From assembly GCA_964492935.1 (NCBI GenBank), contig CAZBLF010000008.1, forward strand, positions 1 through 38,958: DNA of 38,958 nt, in the 5' to 3' direction. The notes beneath the pieces were generated by a model, which made no database searches, was not told the DNA's origin, and worked only from the letters and a program-made list of their open reading frames with translations. The position numbers and the translations under genes are program-made. The DNA comes from an uncultured Methanosarcinales archaeon. Its GTDB lineage: Archaea > Nanobdellota > Nanobdellia > Woesearchaeales > JACPBV01. Below are positions 37,354-38,958 of this stretch, one piece after another (position 1 is the first letter of the stretch; the number at the start of each line of letters is the position of its first letter).

Positions 37354-38958
37354 ATGTCAGACGAAGAAGAGAAATTAATGACGACCGAAGAGGTCGAAGA
37401 GAAGGAAGAGATTGAGGTAGCCGAACATACTGGCGATGCAGCAGATGGTGAGATTGAGGAATCTAACCAGCCGGACTTAGACATGGCTAGACTAGAGGCA
37501 GATGAGGTTGCTGTTAGTAAGCGCGTTGGTAAGATTGTGTTCTCGGTGATGCCGCCTAAGATGATTAAGCAGATGGCATTTGCTAAAGTAGTTACTCCTG
37601 AACTGTATGATCAGGAAGGGTATCCGGTTGACGGTGGACTTATGGATATTCGGATGGGAGTTATCGATCCTGGATTGAAGTGTCCGGTAGACGGTAAGAA
37701 ACTGAAAGATTGTCCTGGTTATTTCGGATACATCGAACTTGCTCGACCGATTATGCATATTAAGTTTGTTCCGTTGCTATTGAATTTGTTGAAATCTACG
37801 TGTAGAACTTGCGCTCGTGTGTTAATTCCTAAGAATAAGATTGCTAGTTCGAAACAGCAGTTGGCTGAGGTAGAATTGGAGATGGGTATTGAACAGCGAA
37901 GGAAAACGGTGAAGGATATCATCACTAATTTGAAGACGATTAACAAATGTCCTTGGTGTAAAGCTAGACAGCAGAAAATCACGCTTGAAAAGCCCACCAC
38001 TTTTATCGAAAATGAGAAACGATTGAATCCGATTGAGGTTCGAGCACGTCTCGAGAAGATTGAGGATGAGGATTTGGAATTATTCGGTTTAGATCCGGTT
38101 GCTATGCGTCCGGAATGGGCTGTGTTGACCATTTTGCCGATTCCACCGGTTACGATGCGACCTTCTATTACTCTAGAATCTGGGGAGAGAAGCGAGGACG
38201 ATTTAACACACAAGTTGGGAGATATTGTACGTATCAACCAGCGATTATTTGAAAATATTAATGCGGGAGCACCTGAAATCATCATCGAGGATTTGTGGGA
38301 CTTGTTGCAGTATCACGTTACAACGTTTATTGATAATAATGTTGCTCAATTACCGCCGGCGAGACACCGATCAGGTCAGCCCTTGAAGACGTTGACCGAG
38401 AGAATTAAGTCTAAGGAAGGAAGAATTAGACACAACCTTGCTGGAAAGCGAACGAACTTCTCTGCGCGAACCGTTATCAGTCCGGATCCGATGCTCGCTA
38501 TTAATGAGGTAGGTGTTCCGTTTGAGATTGCTATGAAATTGACCGTTCCGGAACGAGTAAATGAATGGAACATGGATTACCTGAAGACGTTCATCAAGAA
38601 CGGTCCTAAACAGTATCCTGGTGCTAATTATGTTGTTCGTCCTGATGGTAAAAAGAAGAAATTAACGGATGAAACTATCGAATCGAGCATGGAAGAATTG
38701 CAGCCCGGATACATTGTTGAGCGACAGCTGATGGATGGGGATGTTGCTGTGTTTAATCGACAACCTAGCCTACACAGAATGTCGATGATGTGTCACAAGA
38801 TTAGAGTCTTACCGTTTAAAACGCTTCGTTTGAATCCTGCAGTTTGTCACCCGTATAACGCTGATTTCGATGGTGACGAGATGAACCTGCACATTCCTCA
38901 AACTGAGGAAGCTCGAGCTGAGGCAGAGATTTTGATGGAGGTTCAGACTCAACTCATC
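37354..38958 (+). CDS. rpoA1: DNA-directed RNA polymerase subunit Rpo1N (A'), partial: runs off the window end and is absent from the ORF track
   Basis: Manual translation: GGLMDIRMGVIDPG, RPSITLESGERSEDDLTHKL, NLAGKRTNFSARTVI, FNRQPSLH, catalytic NADFDGD at 38857-38877. Confidence 0.97.
   Translation, partial: MSDEEEKLMTTEEVEEKEEIEVAEHTGDAADGEIEESNQPDLDMARLEADEVAVSKRVGKIVFSVMPPKMIKQMAFAKVVTPELYDQEGYPVDGGLMDIRMGVIDPGLKCPVDGKKLKDCPGYFGYIELARPIMHIKFVPLLLNLLKSTCRTCARVLIPKNKIASSKQQLAEVELEMGIEQRRKTVKDIITNLKTINKCPWCKARQQKITLEKPTTFIENEKRLNPIEVRARLEKIEDEDLELFGLDPVAMRPEWAVLTILPIPPVTMRPSITLESGERSEDDLTHKLGDIVRINQRLFENINAGAPEIIIEDLWDLLQYHVTTFIDNNVAQLPPARHRSGQPLKTLTERIKSKEGRIRHNLAGKRTNFSARTVISPDPMLAINEVGVPFEIAMKLTVPERVNEWNMDYLKTFIKNGPKQYPGANYVVRPDGKKKKLTDETIESSMEELQPGYIVERQLMDGDVAVFNRQPSLHRMSMMCHKIRVLPFKTLRLNPAVCHPYNADFDGDEMNLHIPQTEEARAEAEILMEVQTQLI

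Noticed and set aside
454..38573. Numerous short antisense or alternate-frame ORFs in the track (e.g. 31503-32225, 25618-26238, 37719-38285)
   Set aside because: Shadows of well-supported genes on the opposite strand or in another frame
1..38958. CRISPR array, rRNA, transposase, integrase or intein
   Set aside because: No regularly spaced repeats, rRNA-like sequence, recombinase motifs or in-frame intein insertions were seen

Overview
Archaeal chromosomal segment, most likely from a DPANN (Woesearchaeota-like) genome. That assignment is inferred from the archaeal ThrRS, SRP54, Spt5, SecE, DTD2 and NurA, the split rpoB, BRE/TATA promoters with mostly leaderless genes, and a class III (pilin-type) signal peptide. 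Housekeeping genes: ppsA, a PfkB kinase, nurA, nadC-nadB, srp54, thrS, metG, an RsmB/Nop2 methyltransferase, a P-type Ca2+-ATPase, dtdA, slyD-ftsZ-secE-spt5-rpl11 and rpoH-rpoB''-rpoB'-rpoA' (truncated by the window end). Notable items: (1) a tRNA-Asp(GUC) interrupted by three BHB-type introns (D-loop, 37/38, T-loop), followed by an intron-containing tRNA-Lys(UUU); (2) two free-standing LAGLIDADG proteins fused to helix-turn-helix domains, whose long upstream regions share GGACAA-type motifs; (3) an unannotated pilin-type ORF abutting, out of frame, a signal-less Cys-rich metzincin protease; (4) a 105-nt multibranch palindromic intergenic element; (5) loss of Zn ligands in the RNA polymerase clamp, an extended uL11 and a bacterial-type MetRS1. 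All calls come from reading the sequence by eye; no database searches were run.
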